DNA of 64,000 bases from Acidimicrobiales bacterium (GTDB lineage: Bacteria > Actinomycetota > Acidimicrobiia > Acidimicrobiales > VFJN01): the NCBI GenBank assembly GCA_035641315.1, contig DASQUK010000244.1:45303-109302 (forward strand), given 5' to 3'. Positions within the stretch are counted from its first letter, which is position 1, and every line of letters starts with the position of its first letter. Shown here piece by piece: positions 36,350 to 44,340 of this stretch. The notes beneath the pieces are model-generated. The model was not told the DNA's origin, made no database searches, and saw only the letters and a program-made list of their open reading frames with translations. Position numbers and translations under genes: made by a program.

Positions 36350-37151
36350 CCGGCCGCCGGTCCGACGCGACCTCCCCGCTGGCCAGAGCCACGGCGTGGA
36401 CCCCGCCGTCGACGTGGACGATCTCGCCGGTCGTGGACGGGAACCAGTCCGACAGCAGGGCGACGCAGGCCCGGGCCACGGGCTCGGGGTCGCGCACGTC
36501 CCAGCCCAGCGGCGCCCGCTGTCCCCAGGCGGCCTCCATGGCCCCGAACCCGGGGATCGAGCGGGCGGCCAGCGTCCGCAACGGCCCCGCCGCAACCAGG
36601 TTCACCCGCACGCCCCGGCCGCCGACGTCGCGGGCCAGGTAGCGGCACGTCGCCTCCAGCGCCGCCTTGGCCACGCCCATCCAGTCGTACGCCGGCCATG
36701 CCTGAGCGGCGTCGAAGTCGAGGCCGACCACCGATCCGCCCGGAGGCATGAGCGGCAGCAGCGTCTCGGTCAGCGACTTGAGCGAGTAGGCAGAGACGTG
36801 GAGAGCGGTCGCGACGTCGTCCCAGCCGGCGGCCAGCAGGCCGTCGTCCTGGCCCAGGCACGCCTCGGGGGCGAAGCCCACTGCGTGCAGGGCGCCGTCC
36901 ACCTTGCCCCAGCGCCCGCCCAGCTCCTCGGCCAGCGCCGCGTGGTGCGCCGGGTCGGTCACGTCCAGCTCCACCACGTCGGGCGGCGCTGGCAGCGTCC
37001 GGGCCACCCGCTCGGTGAGCCGCATCCCCCGCCCGAACGAGGTCAGCACCAGCTCGGCCCCCTGCTCCTGGGCGAGGCGGGCGACGGCCGCTGCGATCGA
37101 GTCCTTGGTGAGCACGCCGGTGATCAGGAGCTTCTTGCCGTCGAGCAGCAT
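36339..37151 (-). CDS. fabI: Enoyl-ACP reductase (FabI/InhA type)
   Basis: MLLDGKKLLITGV..., catalytic Y...K (YDWMGVAKAALEA), and GEIVHVDGG. Start at ATG 37151. Confidence 0.9.
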   Translation of the reverse strand: MLLDGKKLLITGVLTKDSIAAAVARLAQEQGAELVLTSFGRGMRLTERVARTLPAPPDVVELDVTDPAHHAALAEELGGRWGKVDGALHAVGFAPEACLGQDDGLLAAGWDDVATALHVSAYSLKSLTETLLPLMPPGGSVVGLDFDAAQAWPAYDWMGVAKAALEATCRYLARDVGGRGVRVNLVAAGPLRTLAARSIPGFGAMEAAWGQRAPLGWDVRDPEPVARACVALLSDWFPSTTGEIVHVDGGVHAVALASGEVASDRRPDDH

Positions 37152-37183
37152 GGTGCGGTCGTCCTCGAATCCTCGTCCCCGGT

Positions 37184-38581
37184 TTACAGCGGGATGTTGT
37201 CGTGGCGGCGGGGTCGCAACCGCTCTCGCTTGGCCGCCAGCGCCACCAGCGCTCCGGCCACGGCCCCGCGGGTGTCTGCCGGATCGATCACCTCGTCGAC
37301 GTAGCCCCGCTCCAGTGCCGCGGTGGGCGAGAGGTGGATCGAGTCGTACTCGGCCTCCAGCCGGCGGCGGTGCGCTTCCCGCTCGTCGTCGGTGGTGGCG
37401 GCGCCCAGCGCCCGGCGGTGCAGGATCTCGACCGCGCCCTTGGCGCCCATCACCGCGATCTCGGCGCTCGGCCAGGCCAGCGCGCAGTCGTTGCCCATCG
37501 ACTTGCAGTCCATCACGATGAACGCCCCGCCGTAGGCCTTGCGCAGCACCACGCACACCCGGGGCACGGTGGCCTCGGCGTAGGCGAAGGCGAGCTTGGC
37601 GCCGTGGCGGATCATGCCCCGCCACTCCTGGTCACGACCCGGCCGGAAGCCCGGCGTGTCGACCAGCGTGACGATGGGGAGGTTGAAAGCATCGCAGAAG
37701 CGGATGAAGCGGGCGCCCTTCTGCGATCCCTCGATGTCGAGGGCGCCCGCCAGCTGGTTGGGCTGGTTGGCGAGCACGCCCACCGGCAGCCCGGCGACCC
37801 GGCCCAGCCCGGTCACCACGCTGGCGCCGAAACGGGCCCGCAGCTCGAGGAAGGCCTCGTCGTCGACGACGTCGGATATCACCCGGCGCACGTCGTACGA
37901 CGCCCGGCCGTCGGCGGGCACGCTGGCGGCGGCGCGCCGGGTGGGCCGGTCGGCAGGGTCGCTCGACGCCACGGCGGGCGGCGCCTCGCTGTTGTTGGGC
38001 GGCAGGTGGTCGAGCAGGTCGGCGACGAGGTCGAAGGCCTCGTCGAGGTCGTCGGCCACCACGTCGGCGACGCCGGTGCGGGCGCCGTGCACCCACGCGC
38101 CGCCCAGCAGGTCGGCCTCGAGCGTGGCGGAGCCGGTGATGCGGGCCGACGCCCCGGCACCGTTGACGAAGGCGGTGGCCCGGCCGGTCATGACCACCAC
38201 GTCGGCCAGTCCCAGCACGAGCGCCGCGCCGCCCAGGCAGGGCCCGTCGACCACCAGCACGGTGGGCACCAGTCCGGACGCCCCCGCCAGCGCCCGGGCC
38301 AGCGCCCCCCAGCCGTGCAGCGACGCCAGGCCTGCGGCGGCGTCGACGCCGACGCCATGGAGGACGCCCACGATGGGGACGCCGGCGTCGACGCCGGTTG
38401 CGATCGTGCGGGCGATCACCTCGGTGTCGGCCTGGACCGGCGCGCCTCGGAACCAGGCGACCGGCCGGTCAACCGGCAGCCACTCCGTGTGGCCCACGCC
38501 GGCCTCGACCGTTCCCGGCCGGCCCCGCCCGACGGGAAGGCGGGCGAGGGGGGTGTCCCGAGGTGCGACGGCGGTGCCCAT
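37184..38581 (-). CDS. Acyl-CoA carboxylase carboxyltransferase (beta) subunit, AccD6-like position
   Basis: GVLANQPNQLAGALDIEGSQKGARFIRFCDAFNLPIVTLVDTPGF ... AYGGAF is the carboxyltransferase domain. It sits in the FAS-II operon as accD6 does in mycobacteria. Confidence 0.85.
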   Translation of the reverse strand: MGTAVAPRDTPLARLPVGRGRPGTVEAGVGHTEWLPVDRPVAWFRGAPVQADTEVIARTIATGVDAGVPIVGVLHGVGVDAAAGLASLHGWGALARALAGASGLVPTVLVVDGPCLGGAALVLGLADVVVMTGRATAFVNGAGASARITGSATLEADLLGGAWVHGARTGVADVVADDLDEAFDLVADLLDHLPPNNSEAPPAVASSDPADRPTRRAAASVPADGRASYDVRRVISDVVDDEAFLELRARFGASVVTGLGRVAGLPVGVLANQPNQLAGALDIEGSQKGARFIRFCDAFNLPIVTLVDTPGFRPGRDQEWRGMIRHGAKLAFAYAEATVPRVCVVLRKAYGGAFIVMDCKSMGNDCALAWPSAEIAVMGAKGAVEILHRRALGAATTDDEREAHRRRLEAEYDSIHLSPTAALERGYVDEVIDPADTRGAVAGALVALAAKRERLRPRRHDNIPL

Positions 38582-38623
38582 TGACGTGCCGATCAGTGGG
38601 CCATCACGTCGACCACTGGGCCG

Positions 38624-39937
38624 TCACGCCGGGCCGAGCACCAGAGCGGCGTTGTGGCCGCCGAACGCGAACGACGTCGACACCGCCGGCGCCACGTCGA
38701 CGGCGCGGGGCTCGCCGGCCACCACGTCGACCGGCAGGTCCGTGTGCCGGTGGTTGGCGGTGGGGGGGACGAGGCCGCGCGCGGCCGCCAGCAGCGCCGC
38801 GACGGCCTCCACCGCCCCTGCGGCACCGATGAGGTGGCCGGTGACGCCCTTGGTCGAGGTGACGGGCACGGCGCCGGGACCGAAGACCTTGGCGATCGCC
38901 GCCGCCTCGGCGTCGTCGTTGTGGGGTGTCGACGTGCCATGGGCGTTGACGTGGCCGATCGCCCCGGCGGCGACGCCGGCGTCGGCCAGCGCCATCTCGA
39001 TGGCGGCGACCGCGCCGGACCCGTCGTCGAGGGGCGCGGTGATGTGGTGGGCGTCGCAGGTCATGCCGTAGCCGAGCAGCTCACCGTAGATGTGCGCGTC
39101 CCGGGCCACGGCGCGCTCGTAGGGTTCGAGCACCACGAACGCTGCACCCTCGCCCATCACGAAGCCGTCACGGTCATCGTCGAAGGGGCGGGAGGCGGCC
39201 GAAGGATCGGGGTTCTTGCTAAGCGCTCCCATGCGGGCGAACGCGGCCATGGCGACCGGGCTCACGCACGCCTCGGTGCCTCCGCACACGACCACGTCGG
39301 CCATGCCGTCGCGCACGAGCCGGGCGCCCTCGCCGATGGCGTTGGCTCCGGTGGCGCAGGCGGTGGCGACGGCCAGGTTGGGGCCGGTGAAGCCGTGGCG
39401 GATGGCGACCAGCGCCGCAGCGGCGTTGGGCATCATCATCGGCACCAGGAAGGGGCCGACGCGGCTGGGTCCCTTCTCGGCGTAGCCGACGATCTGATCC
39501 TCGAGGGTGCGGATGCCGCCGATGCCCGACCCGGCCACGACGGCACAGCGCAGCGGGTCGGCGCCGAGGTCGTCGGGTGATGGGGCGGGGACGAGCTGGT
39601 CTGGGGCGGTCCCGGCCGTCCCGTTGGTGCCTGTGGCGTCGGTCAGCGCGTCGGTGGCGGCGGCGACGGCCAGCAGGGCGGCGCGATCGGTGCGACGCAC
39701 CTCCTTGGGCCCGACGTAGGGCACGGGGTCGAAGTCGCGCACCTCACACGCGAAGCCCACGGAGTGTTCGGAGGCGTCATACAGCGTGATCGGTCCGGCA
39801 GCCGGCCGGGCGGCGAGCAGCGTGTCCCACAGCTCGTCGACGGTCAGGCCGGCCGGGGTCTTGACCCCCAGCCCGGTGACGGCGACGCGCGGTCGCCCGC
39901 GGTGGTCGGTTGCGTCCCCAGCCACCGCGGCGGTCAC
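38624..39937 (-). CDS. fabF: Beta-ketoacyl-ACP synthase II (FabF/KasA type)
   Basis: Active-site ATACATGANAIG (Cys), HGTSTPHND and GHLIGAAG (His-His). Confidence 0.9.
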   Translation of the reverse strand: MTAAVAGDATDHRGRPRVAVTGLGVKTPAGLTVDELWDTLLAARPAAGPITLYDASEHSVGFACEVRDFDPVPYVGPKEVRRTDRAALLAVAAATDALTDATGTNGTAGTAPDQLVPAPSPDDLGADPLRCAVVAGSGIGGIRTLEDQIVGYAEKGPSRVGPFLVPMMMPNAAAALVAIRHGFTGPNLAVATACATGANAIGEGARLVRDGMADVVVCGGTEACVSPVAMAAFARMGALSKNPDPSAASRPFDDDRDGFVMGEGAAFVVLEPYERAVARDAHIYGELLGYGMTCDAHHITAPLDDGSGAVAAIEMALADAGVAAGAIGHVNAHGTSTPHNDDAEAAAIAKVFGPGAVPVTSTKGVTGHLIGAAGAVEAVAALLAAARGLVPPTANHRHTDLPVDVVAGEPRAVDVAPAVSTSFAFGGHNAALVLGPA

Positions 39938-40185
39938 GCCTTGGCGGCGCTGGCCGCCAGGATGAGGTCGAGGGCGTCGCCCACGGTGCGCACGTCGCCG
40001 AGGTCGTCCTCGGGGATGGTGACGTCGAGGCTGTCCTCGAGCTGCATCACCAGCTCGACGAGGTCGAGGCTGTCGGCGTCGAGATCCTCGGCGAACGACG
40101 CCTGCTCGGTCACCTGGTCGGGTTCGACCGACAGCACGTCGACGGCGGCCGTGCGGAGGGCCTCCAAGGCGGCGGAACGGTCCAT
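39934..40185 (-). CDS. acpP: Acyl carrier protein
   Basis: LDADSLDLVELVMQLED phosphopantetheine (DSL) motif. 83 aa. Confidence 0.9.
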   Translation of the reverse strand: MDRSAALEALRTAAVDVLSVEPDQVTEQASFAEDLDADSLDLVELVMQLEDSLDVTIPEDDLGDVRTVGDALDLILAASAAKA

Positions 40186-40237
40186 GGTGGGTCCTTTCGT
40201 GGTGGTTTCGGGGAGACGGGAACGGACGGGCAGTGTG

Positions 40238-40978
40238 TCAGCGGCCCATGCCGAGGCCGCCGTCGACCGGCACGACCGCGCCGGTGATGTACGACGCCGC
40301 GTCGGAGCACAGGAAGGCGACCACGGCGGCGACCTCGTCCGGCGTGCCGAACCGGCCGATGGCGGTGGCGTCGGCCAAGGCCTGGCGGCGGGTGTCGGGC
40401 AATGCTTCGGTCATGGTGGTGGTGATCGGGCCGGGCTCGACCACGTTGACGGTGATGCCCCGAGAGGCGACCTCGCGGGCCACCGAGCGCGACAAGCCCA
40501 CGAGGCCGGCCTTGGCAGCGGCGTAGTTGGCCTGGCCCGGCGATCCGGTGGCGGCGACGATCGACGACACGGTGACGATGCGACCGTAGCGGGCCCGGAT
40601 CATGGGCCGCAGCGCCCGGCGGATGGCGTGGAACGGGCCGCTGAGGTCGGTGTCGAGCGTGTGGCGCCAGTCGTCGTCGCCCAGCTGCACGGTGAGCTTG
40701 TCGCGGTTGGCCCCGGCGGCGTTGACCAGCAGCTCCACCGGGCCCCACGCGTCCTCGACGGCGGCGAAGGCGCCGTCGACCACGCCCGGGTCGGTGACGT
40801 CGACGTGCACCGCCAGCGCGCTGCCGCCCGCCTGCCCGATGGCCTCGACGACCTTGTCGGCGGCGCCGGCCGAGCCGCCGTAGCCGACGGCGACCCGGTG
40901 GCCGTCGGCGGCGAGGGCGTGGGCGCAGGCGGACCCGATGCTCCCGGACGCCCCGGTCACCAGCGCGATCCGTGTCAT
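40238..40978 (-). CDS. fabG: 3-oxoacyl-ACP reductase FabG
   Basis: MTRIALVTGASGSIG, NAAG, and YAAAKAG catalytic motifs. ATG 40978 overlaps the fabH stop (ATGA). The rest of ORF 40238..41686 is out-of-frame overlap with fabH. Confidence 0.9.
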   Translation of the reverse strand: MTRIALVTGASGSIGSACAHALAADGHRVAVGYGGSAGAADKVVEAIGQAGGSALAVHVDVTDPGVVDGAFAAVEDAWGPVELLVNAAGANRDKLTVQLGDDDWRHTLDTDLSGPFHAIRRALRPMIRARYGRIVTVSSIVAATGSPGQANYAAAKAGLVGLSRSVAREVASRGITVNVVEPGPITTTMTEALPDTRRQALADATAIGRFGTPDEVAAVVAFLCSDAASYITGAVVPVDGGLGMGR

Positions 40979-42192
40979 GCGGGCGGCCCCCAGCGCCACA
41001 GCGCGGTGCCGACGGTGAGCCCGGCGCCGAAGCCGCAGAGCAGCAGCAGGTCGCCGGGTGCCAGGCGACCGGCGTCGGCCTCCTCGGCCAGGGCCAGCGG
41101 GATCGAGGCGGCCGAGGTGTTGCCGAACCGGTCCACGTTGCTGAGGGTGCGCTCGGCGGGGACGCCGATGCGGGGCAGCACGGCGTCGACGATGCGGGCG
41201 TTGGCCTGGTGGGGGACGAACCACGTCACGTCGTCGGCGCCGCAGCCGGCCCGCGCCAGCGTGCGCTCGACCGAGGCGGTCACGGCCCGCACCGCCCGCC
41301 GGAACACCTCGCGGCCGTCCATCCGCAGGTAGTGCTCGCCGCTCGCCACGGTCTCGGTCGTGGCGGGCCGGGCACTGCCGCCGGCGGGCACGACCAGCAG
41401 GTCGATCCCACCGGGATCGCCGACGAGATCGCAGGCCAGGAGCCCTGGCGTGGCGGTGGCCGACGACGGCGCCGGCTGGGCATGGTCGCCGTTGGTGGGA
41501 GTGGGTCCGCCGGTGCCTGTGAGCACGAGCGCAGCGGCGGCGTCGCCGAACAGGACTGCCGTGGCGCGGTCGTCGGGGTCGGTGACGCTCGTCATCGTGT
41601 CGGCGCCCACCAGCACCGCGCTCCGGGCCATCCCCTGGCCGACCAGCGCCGCGGTGGTGGCGAGCCCGTAGACGAAGCCGGCGCAAGCGGCGTTGAGGTC
41701 GAACGCGCCGCCGGCGATCCCGAGCTCGGCGGCCACGATGGCGGCGGTCGCGGGGATCGGCCGCTCGGGTGTGCTGGTGGCGACGACCACCAGGTCGACG
41801 TCGCCCGGCGCGACGCGCGCCCGGTCGAGCGCCATGCGGGTGGCGGCGACCGCGAGCGGCCCGGTGGACTCGCCGGCGGCGGCCACCCGGCGCTCACGGA
41901 TGCCGGTCCGCTCGACGATCCACTGGTCGCTGGTGTCGAGGGTGCGGGCGAGGTCGTGGTTGGTGACGCGGCGCTCGGGCAGGGCGTGCGCCCATCCGGC
42001 GACGGCGACCCCGGGATTGACGACTCGGCCGGAGGCCGAGGCCGCTTCTTGCGTACCGGCGGAGGGCGGTAGCGAGGGGGTGGCGCTGAGGATGCGGGGC
42101 CGCTGCCGGTGTGTCACGCCGGCGGCGGTAGGCCCCGCACCGGAGGCGACGGGACCCGTGAGCGGAGGTGCGGGCGGGCGTAGCCGGCTCAT
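40975..42192 (-). CDS. fabH: Beta-ketoacyl-ACP synthase III FabH (N-terminus apparently supplied by repeat element)
   Basis: TSDQWIVERTGIRERR, the active-site Cys context (NAACAGF), and HQANARI. Homology to FabH starts at VNPGVAVAGW (about 42021). The only canonical in-frame starts are GTG 42117 and ATG 42192, both inside the repeat. Confidence 0.85.
   Translation of the reverse strand: MSRLRPPAPPLTGPVASGAGPTAAGVTHRQRPRILSATPSLPPSAGTQEAASASGRVVNPGVAVAGWAHALPERRVTNHDLARTLDTSDQWIVERTGIRERRVAAAGESTGPLAVAATRMALDRARVAPGDVDLVVVATSTPERPIPATAAIVAAELGIAGGAFDLNAACAGFVYGLATTAALVGQGMARSAVLVGADTMTSVTDPDDRATAVLFGDAAAALVLTGTGGPTPTNGDHAQPAPSSATATPGLLACDLVGDPGGIDLLVVPAGGSARPATTETVASGEHYLRMDGREVFRRAVRAVTASVERTLARAGCGADDVTWFVPHQANARIVDAVLPRIGVPAERTLSNVDRFGNTSAASIPLALAEEADAGRLAPGDLLLLCGFGAGLTVGTALWRWGPPA
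42022..42192 (-). repeat. Operon-junction dispersed repeat, copy B (171 bp)
   Basis: Its reverse complement begins ATGAGCCGGCTACGCCCGCCC, with the ATG sharing one nt with the upstream TGA. It ends ctcggcc-tcc-ggccgag-tc and aligns with copies A and C. Confidence 0.85.
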
Positions 42193-42497
42193 CAGAGGAT
42201 GCGGACCCAGGCCAGGGGCTGGTCGGCCCGAACCCGCTCGCCCGGCAACGCCAGCAGTCCCATGAGGAAGCCGGTGTGGGGGCTGGTCACCGGCACGGCA
42301 CCGTCGGTGACCTCGATCGTGCCCATCTGCTGGCCGGCGTAGACGATCTCGCCCTCGGCGGTCACGACATCCGGCGCCGCCGCCCGGAACACGCCGGCGG
42401 CGGGGGCCGGGATCAGCCGCTCGGGCACGTGCAGGTCCTCGGCAACGGGTTCGAGGTCGGCCTCGAGGGCGGTGAGCGGGTCATCGACGGCGGTCAT
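42192..42497 (-). CDS. Biotinyl/lipoyl-domain-like small protein lacking any lysine
   Basis: 101 aa. The pattern PAPAAGVF...GEIVYAGQQMGTIEV...VTSPHTGFLMGLLALPGERVRADQPLAWV follows the BCCP hybrid-barrel pattern, but the E-A-M-K-M position reads EVTDG. The protein contains no Lys at all. Confidence 0.55.
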   Translation of the reverse strand: MTAVDDPLTALEADLEPVAEDLHVPERLIPAPAAGVFRAAAPDVVTAEGEIVYAGQQMGTIEVTDGAVPVTSPHTGFLMGLLALPGERVRADQPLAWVRIL

Positions 42498-43426
42498 CGG
42501 GTGGCTCCGGTCAGGGTCGACTCCAACACACTTGACAGGTCGGTGGGGGTGGACACGTTGTGCACGGTCACGTCCGGGACCGTGCGCTTGGCGAGGCCGG
42601 CGAGCACCCGTCCCGGCCCGACCTCGATGAACGACGTCGCCCCCGACGCCGCCAGCGCGCGCTGCGACTCGCGCCAGCGGACGGGCTCGACCAGGTGGCG
42701 CGTGAGCTGGTCGGGCCAGCAGCCGGGGTCGGTGTGGCCGAGGGCGTCGGTGTTGACGACGACCGGGGCCGCCGGCTCGTGGAACGCCAGCTCATCGAGC
42801 AGCGGGCGCAGCCCCTGGGCGGCGTCGGCCAGCAGCGGCGTGTGGAAGGCGTGGCCCACGTCGAGCGGCATGACCCGGCGCACGCGGAGCTGTCGGGCCC
42901 GCTCTTCGGCGGCCGTCAACCCCTCCGGCGTGCCGGCGATCACCACCTGGCCCGGGGCGTTGTCGTTGGCGACCCACACGTCGTCGGCGCCCTGGCAGAC
43001 GCGGACGGCCACCTCGACCTCGGTCCCCACCAGGGCCGCCATGCGACCGGGCCGGGCGTCGGCGGACGCCTGTGACAGCTCGGCCCGGCGAGCGGCGAGC
43101 CGAAACCCGTCGCCCCGGTCGACGGCGCCGGCGGCCAGCAGGGCCGTGATCTGGCCCAACGAATGCCCGGCGAAGGCGACGGGCGGCTCGTCGACCTGGG
43201 CCCGCAGCGCCTCCCAGGCCACCAGCGAGCCCAGCAGCACCGCCATCTGGCTGGCGCCGGTGGTCGACAGCTCCTGGGCATCTGCGTCGAGCAGCAGGCT
43301 GGCGAGCGGGCGGTCGAGCACGGCCTCGGCCTCGGTGACCACGGCCCACGCCGGGTGATCGACCCAGGCACGGCCGGCGCCTGGCGCGGCGGCGCCTTGG
43401 CCGGGAAAGATCACGGCGTAGGGCAC
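42494..43426 (-). CDS. fabD: Malonyl-CoA:ACP transacylase FabD
   Basis: FPGQGA, the GHSLGQITAL active-site serine motif, and a HAFHTP-type segment. Confidence 0.9.
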   Translation of the reverse strand: MPYAVIFPGQGAAAPGAGRAWVDHPAWAVVTEAEAVLDRPLASLLLDADAQELSTTGASQMAVLLGSLVAWEALRAQVDEPPVAFAGHSLGQITALLAAGAVDRGDGFRLAARRAELSQASADARPGRMAALVGTEVEVAVRVCQGADDVWVANDNAPGQVVIAGTPEGLTAAEERARQLRVRRVMPLDVGHAFHTPLLADAAQGLRPLLDELAFHEPAAPVVVNTDALGHTDPGCWPDQLTRHLVEPVRWRESQRALAASGATSFIEVGPGRVLAGLAKRTVPDVTVHNVSTPTDLSSVLESTLTGATR

Positions 43427-43501
43427 GGGTTGGGTCCTCCAGCGATTGCGGGGGGTCGGCGGGCGGGTGTTCCAGGGTCCGACCGGCGGCTGGGCGGATC
43501 G

Positions 43502-43531
43502 TTACATGATGCTGTGGAATTCTTCTACGAA
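43502..43531 (+). promoter_or_regulatory. Possible promoter and imperfect dyad in the fabD / tandem-MerR divergent region
   Basis: TTACAT, 18 nt, TACGAA. The spacer holds ctgtggaattc..gaatccgcag (imperfect inverted repeat). This is the locally least GC-rich stretch. Confidence 0.3.
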
Positions 43532-43566
43532 TCCGCAGACAGTCACCTGAGGGGACCGCCGGACCT

Positions 43567-44340
43567 ATGGCAGAGCAGACAGGAGGCGACGGAGGGAAGG
43601 CGCACCGCTACCGGGCGGCCGAGCTGGCCGCCCAGCTGGGGATCAGCGTGCAGCTCCTGCGCTCCTACCAGTCCAAGGGCCTGCTGCCGCCGCCCCGCCA
43701 CGAGGGCCGGGTCGCCTGGTACGGACCCCACCACCTCGAACGGCTGCGCCACATCCGCCACCTCAAGGACCGCGGCTACTCGCTGCGGATGATCGCCGAG
43801 ACCCTGAGCGACTCGGTCGAGCCCGGGGCCCCACCGCTCGAGGAGCACGAGGTCCTGCGGCTGGGGGAGGTCGCCGAGCGCAGCGGCGTGCCGGTCGAGC
43901 TGCTGCGCGCCCTCGAGGCCTCGGGCCTCCTGCGGCCCCACCACTTGGCCGACGGCGACCGCTACAGCGACGCCGACGTGCGCTTCGTCCGCCACGTGCT
44001 CACCCTGCTGGGCGTCGGCCTGTCGCTCGACGACCTCATGCGCATCGCCCGGCAGCAGCTGGTCACCTCCGACGAGCTCGGCCGCGACGTGGTCGACGCC
44101 TGGGCGCAGCTGGTGGGCACCCGCCTGCGACGCAAGGGTCGCGAGGCACCCGACCAGGCGGCGCGCGTGGTGGCGTCGCTGCGGGCGCTGGCGGCGATCG
44201 TGGGCCAGCTGGTCGCCTACCGGGTGGAGCGGGCGGTGCTCGACGCCGCCTACGCCGAGATCGACGCCGAGGGGACCGCCGCCGAGCGCGAGGCGTTCGC
44301 CCGGGCGCTGGTGGCGCCGCGGGGTCAGGCCGAGGTGTAG
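43567..44340 (+). CDS. MerR family regulator with two tandem MerR-type HTH domains
   Basis: Two copies of the MerR N-terminal pattern: YRAAELAAQLGISVQLLRSYQSKGLL...YGPHHLERLRHIRHLKDRGYSL, and LRLGEVAERSGVPVELLRALEASGLL...YSDADVRFVRHVLTLLGVGLSL. Confidence 0.8.
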   Translation: MAEQTGGDGGKAHRYRAAELAAQLGISVQLLRSYQSKGLLPPPRHEGRVAWYGPHHLERLRHIRHLKDRGYSLRMIAETLSDSVEPGAPPLEEHEVLRLGEVAERSGVPVELLRALEASGLLRPHHLADGDRYSDADVRFVRHVLTLLGVGLSLDDLMRIARQQLVTSDELGRDVVDAWAQLVGTRLRRKGREAPDQAARVVASLRALAAIVGQLVAYRVERAVLDAAYAEIDAEGTAAEREAFARALVAPRGQAEV

